Shown: positions 11,790 through 24,422, counted from the first letter of the stretch. The stretch is DNA of 64,000 bases from Priapulus caudatus (GCF_000485595.1 NW_014577078.1:847115-911114); one strand, 5' to 3'. Numbers and translations: made by a program. Notes: generated from the sequence alone by a model not told the origin.

Positions 11790-12130
11790 ATATATAGGCA
11801 AGTAAGGGGACTACCCAGGACTGGTAGCTGCTTGAGTAGGATCAGGGGACAATTTGACAAATGTTTGACAATTTGTAATGACACAAATTTGTCGTTATTA
11901 AAGTGATTACGTCACCGTAAATAGTAAAAGTAAAAAAAATATTTCCACTTTTTCACAAAATGTAAGTAATTCTGTTAATTTTTTTATGGTTGTAAAAATT
12001 GCTGCATTATACTTCCTATTTTACTATATTGTTTGATGTAAACATACACTCGTGACTCATACATAGCCCGTAGCAAGCAATTAATGTCAGGATCATAATA
12101 TCAAATTGTTCAGGTTTTTTTGATTTTTAA

Positions 12131-12729
12131 AGGGACAGTAGCCTCTAGGATTTTACTGCATACAACTGTACTTACTGTATAACAAATTGTCTATACCCAC
12201 ACGTATTTGTTACCAGATACATAATTTAATTGTTATAATGAATTACAAATCAACGCTACAAAATTTGAACGGCGCCATGACACCCGCGGCCGTGCTTGCC
12301 TCCCCGAAAAAGTTGCCTATTTGACAATTTATTTTGCACGTTACAGACGGAGGGCTAATCACAAAAGTGCAATTATATTTATACCTAAATGCTATTTAAC
12401 CGAACGATATTCATTTTAGGGCAAATTTATCCATATTATAACTGAAACTATATGTTGTTTATAAGATATTACAATCCTTTTGCTTTTAAATGAATAAATA
12501 AGAAACATTCTCGGTCTGTAGACCTTGGCTGGAAAGTGTTTTTATGCAACTTATCAGATCGTGCGCTTTGAGGGGCGCCACCGTCGTTGTAATCAAACTG
12601 TAGTCGTTAGTTTTAAAACATTAAAAAAAAAAATTTCTAATGGTGATTGAACCATGAAACTTTTTATGTAGCGTAATTATAACCTAAATTAGCTGAAAAT
12701 AACCCTAGAACCTAGAGTAAACTCTGCCT
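12131..12729 (+). mobile_element. Kolobok-like MITE (family A), intact
   Basis: TTAA TSD, AGGGACAGTAGCC...AAACTCTGCCT termini; relatives at 4776, 28438 and 31408. Confidence 0.75.
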
Positions 12730-13227
12730 TTAACTAGTTGAGAAACAATCTTATCAGGTAAGAATTTGACGATACATTTAGCCCCGTTAGTACTTGCTTT
12801 TAATGTAAAAAAATGGCAAATTAAAAAAAACCAGAAAATTCGTGACGTAGTCAATTTAACCCCTCGTAGGATGAATGCAAACTTCAATAGTGCTTGTTTA
12901 GCTACAACTTTCTGCTCACTACATTTTGGCATTGCTGCAGTTGGCATTACAGCTTGTTTGTACGTGTACTACGCGCACCTACGTATGATTGCCCACATGC
13001 ATAAATTAATTAGAATGGCAATAATCAAGTAATCTTGCAAGTTAGTCGCAGGTTATTTGCTTGGACATTTGTATTCCCCACACAACTGCATTCTGAGTTT
13101 ACAAATGCAGGGTTCAAAATTAGCACTCGCCAGGTCGCCATAGGCGAGTGATATTCATGTTGGGCAAGTTTAATTCAAACAGTACTCGCCCAGTTTGCCG
13201 AGCTCAGTTTTAGGCCCTAAATAATAT

Positions 13228-13291
13228 CAAGAGTAAGATAATGCCCCAATTTTTATACCCCAATTATAATTGGGTTATTATCTTACTCTTC
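13228..13291. mobile_element. mini P-like element / excision scar
   Basis: CAAGAGTAAGATAAT arms, 7-bp TSD ATAATAT. Confidence 0.75.
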
Positions 13292-13539
13292 ATAATATCT
13301 GACATGACAACTAGACATTTTATTATCACAGCTAGATAGCATTTTAATAAGTTCGATCATATCTGTGACGTAACACATAACTTAAATATTTTTATATACT
13401 GTCATAAACACGTACCTTTCTGGATACATATAAATGTATATATAGATATGTTATAAGTTATACATTTATTATTACGCTTGTGGGTATGGATGTTCATTAT
13501 ATTAATTATGTGCGTGATATAATTATTTTTTTTCAATAG

Positions 13540-13646
13540 CACCAAGTGGTAGAGAAGAAGTTTGGTTAATGTCTCACTCGTCCATGGATAACATGGCTGA
13601 AAGAATTGTGCAATTATGTGAACTTTCCAAGGAAAAGAATCCGCCA
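13540..13646 (+). CDS. PRS4: PRS class II exon (PSGREEVWLMSHSSMDNMAERIVQLCELSKEKNPP)
   Basis: TTTCAATAG acceptor, GTATGT donor; fits the N-terminal strand-helix of PRS; phase 0 joins the next exon. Confidence 0.75.
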
Positions 13647-16600
13647 GTATGTGCACAATTACTTTTACTATTTACAACTCGAGCTAGGGAATGCATAAAT
13701 TGTTACTTGGCGGCAGGGTTCGAATTAACCGACGGCACCGACGGCAATTGCCGTCGGTGCCCCTATCAATCGCCGTACTGCCCCTGAAAATCCAACCCGA
13801 CCGACGGCAGTCACCTGCCTTGCCCTTTTGTGTAATTGCCGTCGGTGCCCTTTAATCTACTGCCCTAGTTTCGTTTTTTAGTCAAATCAACAATAACACG
13901 TGCGCGTGCGTGCTGTAGTTGCAATGATGAGCTAAAAACCGATAGTCGCAGAAGGGAATAATAACGGCATCGATAATTATTAGCTCCTGATAGCGGCCAT
14001 GTAAAATTTCTTCCATTACTTCATTAGCAGAGGTGGTCAGGGGTCTGTGTTACGGTGTTAGCTTACATGGGGGCATATTGTTTTGTACATTAAAAGCAAG
14101 ACGATGTTGATGTACTAATTGTATCCCCCGAACGAAGTTCGTGGGGATACTATGGATTTGGCATCGTCGCGCCGCCGCCGCCGCAGAGATTTCCTTGTGA
14201 GCGCTCTACCGGCTGCAGTTCTTCTCGGATCATCTTCAAATTTTGAATGAAGATGCGTTATCGTAAAGCGAAAGACACTATCGGTTTTTGGTGTGGGCGG
14301 AGTCATCGTTGCCATGGTAACAACATTTTTTGTCGAAATATTCTAGAACCTGTAACTTCTGCACTTTTTACCCGATTGTCATGAAATTAATGTTTGTATT
14401 AAAATTAAAATTTAAAAATTCTAAAAAAAAGAAAAGAAAAAAAAATATTTGCAAAAAAATATAAAAAAATAAAAATATTTGTATTAAAATTTGTATTTAA
14501 ATTTATATATAAATTTATGATTGTCATCAAATATATATATATATACATATTATAATATATATATAGGACATGTTATATCGGCCCTGTGTGCCAAATTCGA
14601 TGAAAATCGGGTAAAAACAGCACAAGTTACCTGTAGGTTCTACAATATTTCCACAAAAACGTTGTTACCATGGCAACAATGACTCTCCACACCGAAACAA
14701 CACTGATTAGAGCGTCTTCTTAGATACGCACCTTTCGCAAATAATCGGACCTCTCCTCGCTTCCGCTCGACCTCTCCCCAGAAAGCCGACCCTGTCTGAT
14801 ATGCACCGCAGATAGAAATCCGACCATAACTACGGCCTCTTAAAAGAACTAATTATAATCCTAAATTATTGTCTGTGCTAATCATCTATATTCTATATTG
14901 CTTACATGATTCAGGATTTGTCATAATCATGACACAATTCACAGACAGTGTCTTTGCTCAGGAGAAGATGTAATCGATAATATATAGTCCGTGAATGAAT
15001 CAATGAGTTTATGAATCATGAGAACTCGGCCCTGCCTTGTATTGCATTGATCACATAGTGGTTAATTTCATGGAGGGCGCATATATCGATAAATAATAAT
15101 TATTAAGTATAAGGCTCAATTTACAATTTAAGCATTGGCCACACAACTACCGCTGTAGATCTCATATTGATGGATCGCCGTTTGGACCCACTCTCCCATT
15201 TCGCAGCTCGACTCTGATATTACAATAAAAGCAATGCTGAGCTTGGTAGCTTTTTTTCGGTCGCAAAAACTCTTCTTCTTGTTTTTTCTATGAAACTTCT
15301 GCAGGCTATTTTTTCTAATATTTTACGAATCGATGGTTTCGACCGCGGCTGGTTAGATCTGTAGCAGCCACGATTTACCGTGCAAAACAGACGATGAACG
15401 TATCTGTACACGTACGATTTAGCATTTACCTTTCAATTATTTTATTTATAAAATAACGAAAGCATACGAATATTCGAAGACTGAAAACGACAACCCGAAG
15501 AGTCTTATCTCGCCAAACAAAACATGCTGAAACCCACACCCACGGAAAGCCTCGAAAAATTTTGAGCAGATAATTGCGAGATTCAGAATGTACGCGTGCC
15601 AATGTTATATTTGTGAAATATTTTTATTCTTTACTAGTGTCTGTAATTCTCAGTTATATTACTCTGTATCTACTCTTTGGTCCGAATTTATCGTATCACA
15701 CATATAGTTCTTTATTAAGTCTTATCGAATTAAGGTCTGCATTCCTTATACTGATATCGCCTCTCGTCTATCAAACCGCTCAGATTGTTCAAATCGTCAA
15801 CACAGCCTAGTAATGATAATCCATGATAACGTCGTAAAGCTCATAACAATTATTACTATTAATAACTTCGCGATCTCTAACATGCATATTAATTTGTATT
15901 ATAACTGGACCTCTCGTCTAAATAAAATACAAGCACTGCAATACCTCCAGGTTGACACATTTACGTAAGGTCATTTGTATGACACCATATTGTGCATGGA
16001 TTGTGATTGTGTTTGTATTGAGATGTTTATGGACTCGATGAGTAATGCATTAGAAATAACAGATCCCAATGTAAAACTAACGCAGTCCCTCGGTCTTGTT
16101 CTTTGGTGTTCAAGCCTAATAGTTCTGCATAACTGCCTCTGCCAAACATTTTCAGATTCTGATTTCAGTTTCCGCGATCAACGCCATCATTGTGTCGAGT
16201 CTTATCTTCTCATTTTCTATTATCACAGATATATTTCTCTCGAATAACCGCCGTAAGTTATTTCGTAGCCATTTTACCTGATTAGGCAATCTCACCTGGC
16301 GAAACGAAGTTGTTGTAACGTCGAACGATGTTGCCTGACCGTCGATGAGAACGCCGAACTGAAACCTATTCGCATTCGGCTATCCGTCCGCTATTATCAG
16401 GGTCACTAAATCGTTAATAATATAAACACTAACAATTTCCCTCTCGGCCCAACCGGAACTAAACATATCGCTTTCCGTCACCACTCGCTTGTCAGCGCCC
16501 ACCTATAACCCCGAGTGCGCGTCCGCCCACTCTGTGCCACTGAATTTTTTATACTTGTTGCGCGGAATGCCTCTCAGGAGTATGGCGCAGTGGGGAGGCG

Positions 16601-19600
16601 AGGAGGAGCGAGAAGCGAGCAGCCAGCGAGGTTAGCACGCTTCAGCTATAAAGCCCCATAGCTCTGAGGAGGAGGGCGTGGGCGTGCTCGTCGTAACCAG
16701 GCGACAAGAGAAGATAGTACCTGTGAAGGATGGAGACAGAGAGGGACCGAGAATCAGTACCCGCGTGAAGGAGAAGGAAAGACAAGAATAAAGAGGAGGA
16801 GGGGAATAGAACCCGGAGAAGAGGGGGAGCGGAGGAGGAGGAGGCCAGAAAGAGGGTGAGAGAGCAGGAGCACGGATATCCTTTACACCAAATAGGAAAA
16901 TCGGGGACTCACGCACCGCGGGCTAGTGTCGCCTCCCTCTCCCGATTCTTTCATCTGCACCAGTAGTTACAGTATATACACACCTACCGCCTTATCGTGT
17001 TTAGCAAAAGTTTTCTTCTGGTTTAATATTGAGCTATGACTCTGAAGTTGATCCTCGATGCATAATCCATAGTTTGTTATAATATTACTAAAACGCCTAT
17101 GTGTGTATTAGAGGACGAGTTCATGATAATATCAGTTAGTTTTCTCTCGTGCTTGGTGTCGCATGTCAGCTTGTGTATTTAAAGCTTTTTTACACCTTGC
17201 CCTGTTGCTTCGCATAAGTGCCTTAAGAAGATATTTCCATTCATTACTTGAAAGTAATTACGTGTAGCGCCGTCTGTGATGATGTTATATCGAATTGAAT
17301 AGTGTGCTCGGTATCTGACATAGCTTGTGGAGATTGGCGGTCGTCTTATATCTAGTAATTGCAGTTACTGGCAGTCCTTAATTCCATCTGTGACATCTTC
17401 TATATGTTTAATTGATATAGATGCTCGTGTTGCTGTCGCCCATCACCTTGCTCATAATATTTAGTGTGTAAAGGTAGTTATGTATTTGGTCGCTGTGATT
17501 TTTGTGTGTGATAGTTTTGGAGAAAATTGCTGATAGGTGTAGTGATTTTCGTTGCTGTGCATGCTCCTCGTGTGTAGAAAATAATTAGCCCTGTTGTGCC
17601 GCTTCTCGTCGCTTAAATTCGAGCCCTGCTTGGCTGGCTAATTGACCACGCATTCTGTAGGATTAGAAGACAGCGGTTGGACTTTGCAATAGAGTAACAT
17701 GTCTAAATAGTACGCGAGCCAAAGACCCCGAGATTTTGGCGGGCACCCTGCACTGCAGAGTTAAAGTGTTTTTATCTTCTGCTTGATTTCTGTAGACTAG
17801 GTGTTTCGCTTTCACTTTCTTAGCGTGGCATGACCACGTCACCCCTTGCAGCCAATTTTCTGTCATTGTGTGTAGCCTCGCGTTGTTTCTGTGTTTGAGA
17901 GCGTCAACTCAAAAATTGGCGAAATTAGGGGTGGGGAAAAACAAAAAGATCTACTAGATCTGGTTGTTTTTAAAGCTAACTTGGATCAATGCTGACCACT
18001 CAAAATGTTCGTATTTCAACTAGACTCTTTCTAATGCATAGTTGGCAAAATTGAGGTCATAGAGCGCTTCAAAAGGTCACCAATTTTTGAGCATTCCTCG
18101 CGAAATCTTATATTGCTTTTGAGCACCCCTGCCTTGGGCCAAGAACAGGACTTCTAATGCCGTGCTTTTTACCTCTAAATTTGCTTCAAGGAGATGGCCT
18201 GCTACTCATTTTAAATGTAGCTGTGCTTCTCGTGTGTCTCGAATATTGGTTGAATGTTCGACCAACATATTACAATAATAAACGACAAGTGATGTGCTAA
18301 AATAGCTGTTTTTTTTACCCAAAGTTGATAACGCCTTACAGTAATCAGATCCTGTTGCGATATGTCTAGACGATGTCGGTGCCGTGGTGCTGTTGTTCCG
18401 TTCCACCATCGTATATTGGCAATCAGGGCAAAAGTCAAGAGGCATTATTTCTAGATGTGTGTGTGGGCATATTTTGCAAACTTACATGTGAGGTGGTTCA
18501 AGGTTCATACTCAAGTTGCAGGGTTAACTCGAAAAGTCAGTTGTTTCAATGAACTGCTGTGTGATGCTGGCATCATTTTAGACATAACCAGCCCCATAGG
18601 TAGCTCCATTTACTAATTCGTTTTTAAAAAAATGAANNNNNNNNNNNNNNNNNNNNNNNNNAAGGCGATTTCTCACATGCCCTAAAAAAATTGCCTTGCC
18701 CTTCTCGTCGCTTAATTCGAGCCCTGCTTGGCGGTAATACCCGCATTCTGTAGATTAGAAGACACGCTTGACTTTGAATAGAGTAATCAGCTAATGGCAG
18801 CTGTTTGGTAAATACTAAATAGTTACCATAACAGTCTCATTTGCTTGTACATTTATTATACACTTATGTAGTGTAGACCTGTATAATATTGTGTTTATAT
18901 GCATAATAAAAAGAGCGTATTAAGAAGGAGAGCGTCAGAGCGTACAACGGTGAAGTGCTGAAACCATGTTGCAGTATTAGTCGAATTACGAAACTTTTCC
19001 CGTTTTATTTTGACGATTCTTTGCGGTAGTATTGATCAGCTGTCCTACCATACTGATATAAAACAAATCGCTTGTCCCTACGATGCTTCTACGCTGAGAT
19101 AATGAGCGGTGGAAATCTGGTATTTTTGCCGAAAACCGACTCGAGATCCCGGTTGGCTGTGACCCTCTCTCGCTTTGTGGCCAGTATGTTGCTTCCGGTC
19201 GCCGCTGTGTAGCGCCATGCCATGGTAGCGCCGACTCATTACGTCAGTACTACAGAGTTTACTACATCCAGCGTGAGGTGGGCACAGATGGGGGTCATCA
19301 TTATGGCAATCAATAACAGACGTCAATCATTCCATTTGTCAATCATTGACGGAAATACGCGAGGTTTCCCGAAGCTATCCCAAAGCGAGAGAGGGTCTCA
19401 GCCAACAGGGATCTCCAGTCGGTTTTCGGCAAAAATTCCAGATTTTCACCGCTAATGATCTCAGCGTAGGAGCATCGTAGGGACAAGCGGTTTGCTTTAT
19501 ATTAGTAAGGTAGGACAGCTGATTAAAATACTACCGCAAAGAATCGTCAAAATAAAACGGGCAAAGTTTCTTAATTAGACTAATACTGCGACATGGTTTC

Positions 19601-22600
19601 AGCATTTCATCGTTGTACGCTCTCCTTCTTAGTATGTTGGATATGTAATAGCATGAACATATATATATAGAATACATATGTTTATGGCAATAGTAATAGC
19701 TATAGTTTAGCTAAATAAATGCACATGGTTAAATTTTGATGATGAAATTTTGATTGATAATGTCTATGCAGCTTATTTTCCTGTCTCTCAGAGCAAGAGG
19801 AGGTGTGCTCTGTTCAAGAAGAACATTCAGTGGGATCATTTCAAAGATGGCTTTCCTAACATCTTCATTGATGATGTCAAGGATATGGCTGGCAAAGATG
19901 GTCAGTAATCTGCATATATAATTCTTTGATGTATCACATTAAATAAGATTGTAAATAACCAAGTTCTGTGTTTACCACAATAAGATCTGTTGTGTCTATG
20001 GGACACATCAGGATTAAAAATTACCTGTTTGTGCTTGCATATAAAGTTTTTCACTACTAAATGTGGGATATAGTTGCATCATTTTCGTTGCATTTCAGAT
20101 ATAATATACCAAATAAGGTTATAGACGTTTTTTCTGGTTACCCAAGTGACTCTAGAATTTCCCGGCATCTTTTTTTTTCTTATGTTGGTTGTGAGATTGC
20201 ATGGTTTTTGACCCCAGGGTTTGTTTTTGTACCATTGAATAGCAAGCACAATATATTGTAAAATGTAATCCAATGTTGTTAGTAGATCTATAATTAAGTC
20301 CATGTGTTTATGTGTATGTATGCATGTGTTAATAATTGGTGTTAATGTTAATGTTAATAATAATTGGTTACACATTATTTATTATTAATATACATTTTTA
20401 CACACAAGCGAGTGAGTACGTAAATGAGTCATTCGTCTTAGTAAAAAATGTGTTGTTTGTAATATGCCACACTGTGTTTCAGTGACTGTAATGAATTTTT
20501 GCTGACCTACACTAGCAATATAAAATTGTGAATAGATTCTGTGGCCTACTGACCCTGGCTTTTATTTTAATGCAACCACAAACAGCTATCATTTTGTTTG
20601 CCTTTATTTTGAAATAAAAACTATGGCACTTTAACAGTGGAATTTAGAAGCTAGAATCTAGTAAACCTTTCAACCCTCATATATTCATTTGTAGTTAGAT
20701 ATTGCTTATGCAATTTACATCACATGTAACATTGACCACTCAATGGTATTGAACAATTGAGATAGTGTGTGCTTATACTAACGTTTCTTTTTTGCAGTGA
20801 TATTTCTGGCAAGTTTCCACACGCCAGCTGTAATATTTGAGCAACTGTCTGTTCTCTATGCAATACCAAGGTATTGGATATAATTCCATAACATTTTCTG
20901 AAAAATAGTTCTGTTACATCATCATGTCAAAAAGTGTAAAGCTAGCTTAGTTATTTCCATTTTTTGCCATTAATAGTTGAAAATTTATTGATGTCGAAAG
21001 AAGGATACCATGAAGTACATTAAGATATTAAGTTTTACCAGAAACTGTACCATCTTAACATATTTTTTTGGGGTACATTGTCTATAAATATTCTTTCCTG
21101 ACCGTTCTCTGTTTTTCTGTTTTTGATGGCGTTCCAGTTAGTTTCTTCTTGACATGTAGTAAGTTCTGTCATTCTTAAACATACCTTACAAGTCATTACT
21201 TTACTAGTTTAGTTCTGTGACGTTCACCAATTACAGTTTCAGCATGGACTTTCTTACCATGATGTTCACAAAATTGATAGCAGTATCTTTATTTTATTTA
21301 GGTACCTTGCCCGATCTTTCCATATCATATTACCTTATTTTGCAACTGGGACAATGGAAAAAATTGATAAAGAAGGTCAAGTTGTAACAGCCAAGGTATG
21401 GTGATGCATTTGTAATAACAATGATTGTGTATCAATGATACCAAGAGCTAATAATACCTAGAGTGTACAACGGAAAAACGGGAAAATAGTGCTATTTCAC
21501 GACATGATTATTCTACTTTGCCTGCGAGTCTAGAATAATTTTATGGTATTGCCTTAAGCAGAATTCTTTGCTCTCTAAAACCAGACCAACCGCTTGTTAA
21601 TACGATACTCCTAGGCTGAGATATTAGCTCGTAAACTTTCCCTCCCACAGGCCTCACAGCGCCTCCAATCCACATCACAAGCGGTTGGTCTTGTTTTAGA
21701 GAGCAAAGAATTCTGCTTAATGCAATACCATAAAATTATTCTAGACTCGCAGGCAAAGTAGAATAATCATGTCGTGAAATAGCACTATTTTCCTGTTTTT
21801 CCGTTGTACACTCTAGGTATTATTAGCTCTTGATGATACTAGATCTAATAAATTCTGTGCTAGCAAAACAGATGCAAGTAGTTTCTCTGGAATTCAGATT
21901 GGTTTATTATATGGGGTATTGCTCATACCCGGGCCCCATAAGTACTCTTGCTGCATGATGTGCCAATGCCATATTGTAGGCTGCATAAATCTATGATCAT
22001 CAGCTAATTTATTTAGCTACTTATTGCTGGCATGAGATCAGAGACATTAGGGCTGAGAGTGAGCTGAAGAGAGCAGTTGGTACTTGAAAGTATGAGTTAA
22101 CGACGATATAAACGAAGAAAGATTAATTGCTTGTTAGTATAGATTAATGTAGGCAAGTAAAGATGATGGAATCGAGTCAATTGACCTACTGTAATTTTAT
22201 TGTTTGACTTTGATTCAGCTTAATGACATTATAGGTTTGTGTCGCTGCAGACCCTAGCTACTCTGCTGTCAGCTGTGCCGTTGACGGCACGCGGTCCAGC
22301 ACAGATCCTCATGTTTGACATACATGCCCTGCAGGAAAGATTCTACTTTGGTGACAATGTCATACCAAGGTATACTACCTGTATAACTATTCCTTCTGCA
22401 ATTATCTTTATGTGTGTGTCTGTGTGTGTGTGTGTGCTTACACAGCACATTTGGATGCTAATACTGTATATTAAAACTACAAACATGTGAATTCTTAGTT
22501 GAGTCTTATGCGAGTCCTAGCAGAAATAAAACTATACCAGGAATACATGATTCAGAGAATTCATGGGGTGTCACTTTCCCCCGGGCGTAGATGGAGGGTG

Positions 22601-24422
22601 CCGCTACGTGGCAGCACTAGCCCTAACCCTAACCCTGACCCTAATCCTAACACAAGTGCAGCCACATCACGTGACCCTCCATCTACGCCCGGGGGAAAGT
22701 TATTCCGGAATTCATGTACGCCTGATAAGTGATAACACTGCACGTGTTTAATTTTATTCACATATGCCATTATTGACTACCATTTCATTGGTCAGCATTC
22801 ACCTGCAAAAGCTAATACCACACTGTTTGTGACTATACATGCTGCAACTGTGCCTCTCAGTCTCTGATATAGAAAGCCCTAACATAAACAGTGTCTGACC
22901 TTTCTATTACTATAATCAGGAGTAGATAAAGAATAAAAGTATAAAAATATAAAAGTCTTTAACTACTCCAGCTATAATATATGTGAAATCTAACCATATA
23001 CACGTGTTTTGATGAAGGCTTGTGTCGGCGATTCCTCTGATAAAACGTGAACTGGAGAATCTTGAGCAGGAGAGCTGGTGTGTAGTTTTCCCTGATGATG
23101 GTGCTTTCAAGAGGTTTGGCTCCTTCTTTCCCGACAACACTGTTGTTACCTGTTCAAGGTTAAGTGAGGGTGCACATAAAATCATTCGAATCAGGGGAGG
23201 TGAGTAGTGGCAGTTCAACTGCTGGACATGTATCTCATTCCTTGCTAATACCTAGTTCACCAGACAGTCAAGTTGGTACTACTTCTATGAATTTAGGTCG
23301 TTTATGCTAGTGGCAGAGCTGCCAACCCCTAAAGAGAATACAACAGCTCATTGGAAACAATAGTTTGTAATTTTCTCTAATATCATTCTCTAATACGGTT
23401 GGCTATTGTTGCTTCAGTGTATTTGACCTTGACAGACTCTCTTGGCTGCACATATTACTGAAGTAATTAAAAAAATTATCTGGCAGTGAAAGGTGGCAGA
23501 GGTATTCTTAGTTATTCATCCAACTTTGGCATTGTGTATTGGAATGCTATTGAGACTGTTTATATCCTTTGTTGAGTTCTATTTCATCACTCACAGGTAA
23601 GCCTGCTGGAAAACATGCCGTGATTATTGATGATCTTGTTCACACTGGAAACACACTAGTAGAGTGTGCAAAGGTACAATTCGTATAATAACATAAAGTT
23701 ATACAATCTAAATTAGCTTTCTGTTGATGTAAGCCCTTGACTACCTAGAATAATAGTTGCATAAAAATAATTGCAATTATCTGTTATCCATGGAGCCATT
23801 TGTTACATTGTGGTTTGTAAAACATGTTTAATAGTTTAATATCAATTTGATCTCTGTTATTGCGATTATATCAATACTGTATTCTTCTACCAAGTATCTG
23901 CTGTTGTGTAAAAGATTTGGCCATTCTAGAAGTTGTTTTGTCATTGCACAATGCTTGAGTGTACTTTCTTCATCTTACCAGGGGCCCATTGTCAGAAACA
24001 AAATTAGTCTTAACATTAACCTTTTCTCACAGACTGTTGACAGAAACATGGTGAAATTATGAATTTCTTATAGACAATGTATATCAGTCCAATCTATGAG
24101 AAAAAGTTAATATCAAGACCAATATTTATTTTGACAAAGGGCCCTAGATACCTTACTGCATGTACAGTGTCATTATACCACTTCTTTTCAGACTCTGCTC
24201 TGTAGTGGAGCTGTTGCAGTGAGTGCCTATGCTACACACGCGATGTTCACCCTGGAGTCCTGGCGTAGGTTTGTAGAGGGAGATGTACAGTTTGCCAACT
24301 TTTGGATCACCGATTCTGTCCCACAGGCACAAGAAATCAGCCAACATCCTCCATTTAAACTGTTGTCCTTAGTAGAGGTGATTGCAGAGGTAATGTTAGG
24401 TTATGACCTAATGCAGTACTAA
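13540..24422 (+). CDS. PRS4: class II (plant PRS3/PRS4-like) ribose-phosphate pyrophosphokinase / PRPP synthetase; 5'-partial, join(13540-13646,19792-19900,20798-20870,21302-21395,22251-22369,23018-23199,23597-23673,24192-24422)
   Basis: Eight GT-AG exons with consistent phases (0,1,2,0,2,1,0) give about 330 aa without stops, containing class II signatures W.HFKDGFPNIFI, FLASF.TP.VIFEQLSVLY, RGP...FDIHALQERFYFGD, FPDDGAFKRF, VIIDDLVHTGNTL.EC, YATH..F, FWITDS, PPFKLLSL. The start exon (phase-1 donor) was not located. Confidence 0.92.
13714..18726. mobile_element. large non-autonomous hAT element in PRS intron
   Basis: CAGGGTTCGAATTAA...TTAATTCGAGCCCTG termini, 8-bp TSD CTTGGCGG; right end also present in degraded form at about 17600-17710; same end type at 8680-8721. 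Confidence 0.65.
14119..14720 (+). mobile_element. Helentron/HINE (DINE-1-like) 5' portion
   Basis: TTGTATCCCCCGAACGAAGTTCGTGGGGATAC hairpin followed by (CGC)n; 3' limit approximate. Confidence 0.5.
18912..19636. mobile_element. foldback MITE in PRS intron
   Basis: About 250-bp inverted arms (18916-19165 and 19390-19636); termini eroded, possibly CAAGAG family. Confidence 0.75.
19792..19900 (+). CDS. PRS4: PRS class II exon (SKRRCALFKKNIQWDHFKDGFPNIFIDDVKDMAGKD)
   Basis: CTCTCAG acceptor, GTCAGT donor, F.DGFPN motif. Confidence 0.92.
20798..20870 (+). CDS. PRS4: PRS class II exon (VIFLASFHTPAVIFEQLSVLYAIPR)
   Basis: TTTGCAG acceptor, GTATTG donor; closely resembles the plant PRS3/4 segment. 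Confidence 0.93.
21302..21395 (+). CDS. PRS4: PRS class II exon (YLARSFHIILPYFATGTMEKIDKEGQVVTAK)
   Basis: ATTTAG acceptor, GTATGG donor; flexible loop LP(F/Y)F.TGT.E. Confidence 0.92.
21442..21832. mobile_element. P-like foldback MITE (391 bp) in PRS intron
   Basis: About 155-bp arms, CAAGAGCTAATAATACCT termini, 7-bp TSD ATGATAC. Confidence 0.85.
22251..22369 (+). CDS. PRS4: PRS class II exon (TLATLLSAVPLTARGPAQILMFDIHALQERFYFGDNVIPR)
   Basis: CTGCAG acceptor, GTATAC donor, DIHALQERFYF signature. Confidence 0.95.
22566..22707. mobile_element. MULE-like MITE with (TAACCC)n
   Basis: GGGTGTCACTTTCCCCCGGGCGTAGATGGAGGG TIR, 9-bp TSD GAATTCATG. Confidence 0.75.
22917..22971. mobile_element. mini P-like element / excision scar
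   Basis: CAGGAGTAGATAAAGA / TCTTTAACTACTCCAG arms, 7-bp TSD CTATAAT. Confidence 0.7.
23018..23199 (+). CDS. PRS4: PRS class II exon (LVSAIPLIKRELENLEQESWCVVFPDDGAFKRF...TCSRLSEGAHKIIRIRG)
   Basis: AAG acceptor, GTGAGT donor, FPDDGA.KRF motif. Confidence 0.92.
23597..23673 (+). CDS. PRS4: PRS class II exon (GKPAGKHAVIIDDLVHTGNTLVECAK)
   Basis: TCACAG acceptor, GTACAA donor; PRPP/R5P-binding loop. Confidence 0.93.
24192..24422 (+). CDS. PRS4: PRS class II last coding exon (TLLCSGAVAVSAYATHAMF...FWITDS...PPFKLLSL...MQY*)
   Basis: TTTTCAG acceptor, TAA stop at 24420-24422. Confidence 0.93.
   Translation, partial: TLLCSGAVAVSAYATHAMFTLESWRRFVEGDVQFANFWITDSVPQAQEISQHPPFKLLSLVEVIAEVMLGYDLMQY

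Noticed and set aside
16556..16971. Solo LTR (TG...CA, TATAAA)
   Set aside because: No matching TSD, and the surrounding sequence looks low quality.
17600..18790. Real duplication of the hAT right end plus flank
   Set aside because: The copies differ mainly by scattered single-base indels near a gap, typical of low-quality or haplotype overlap.
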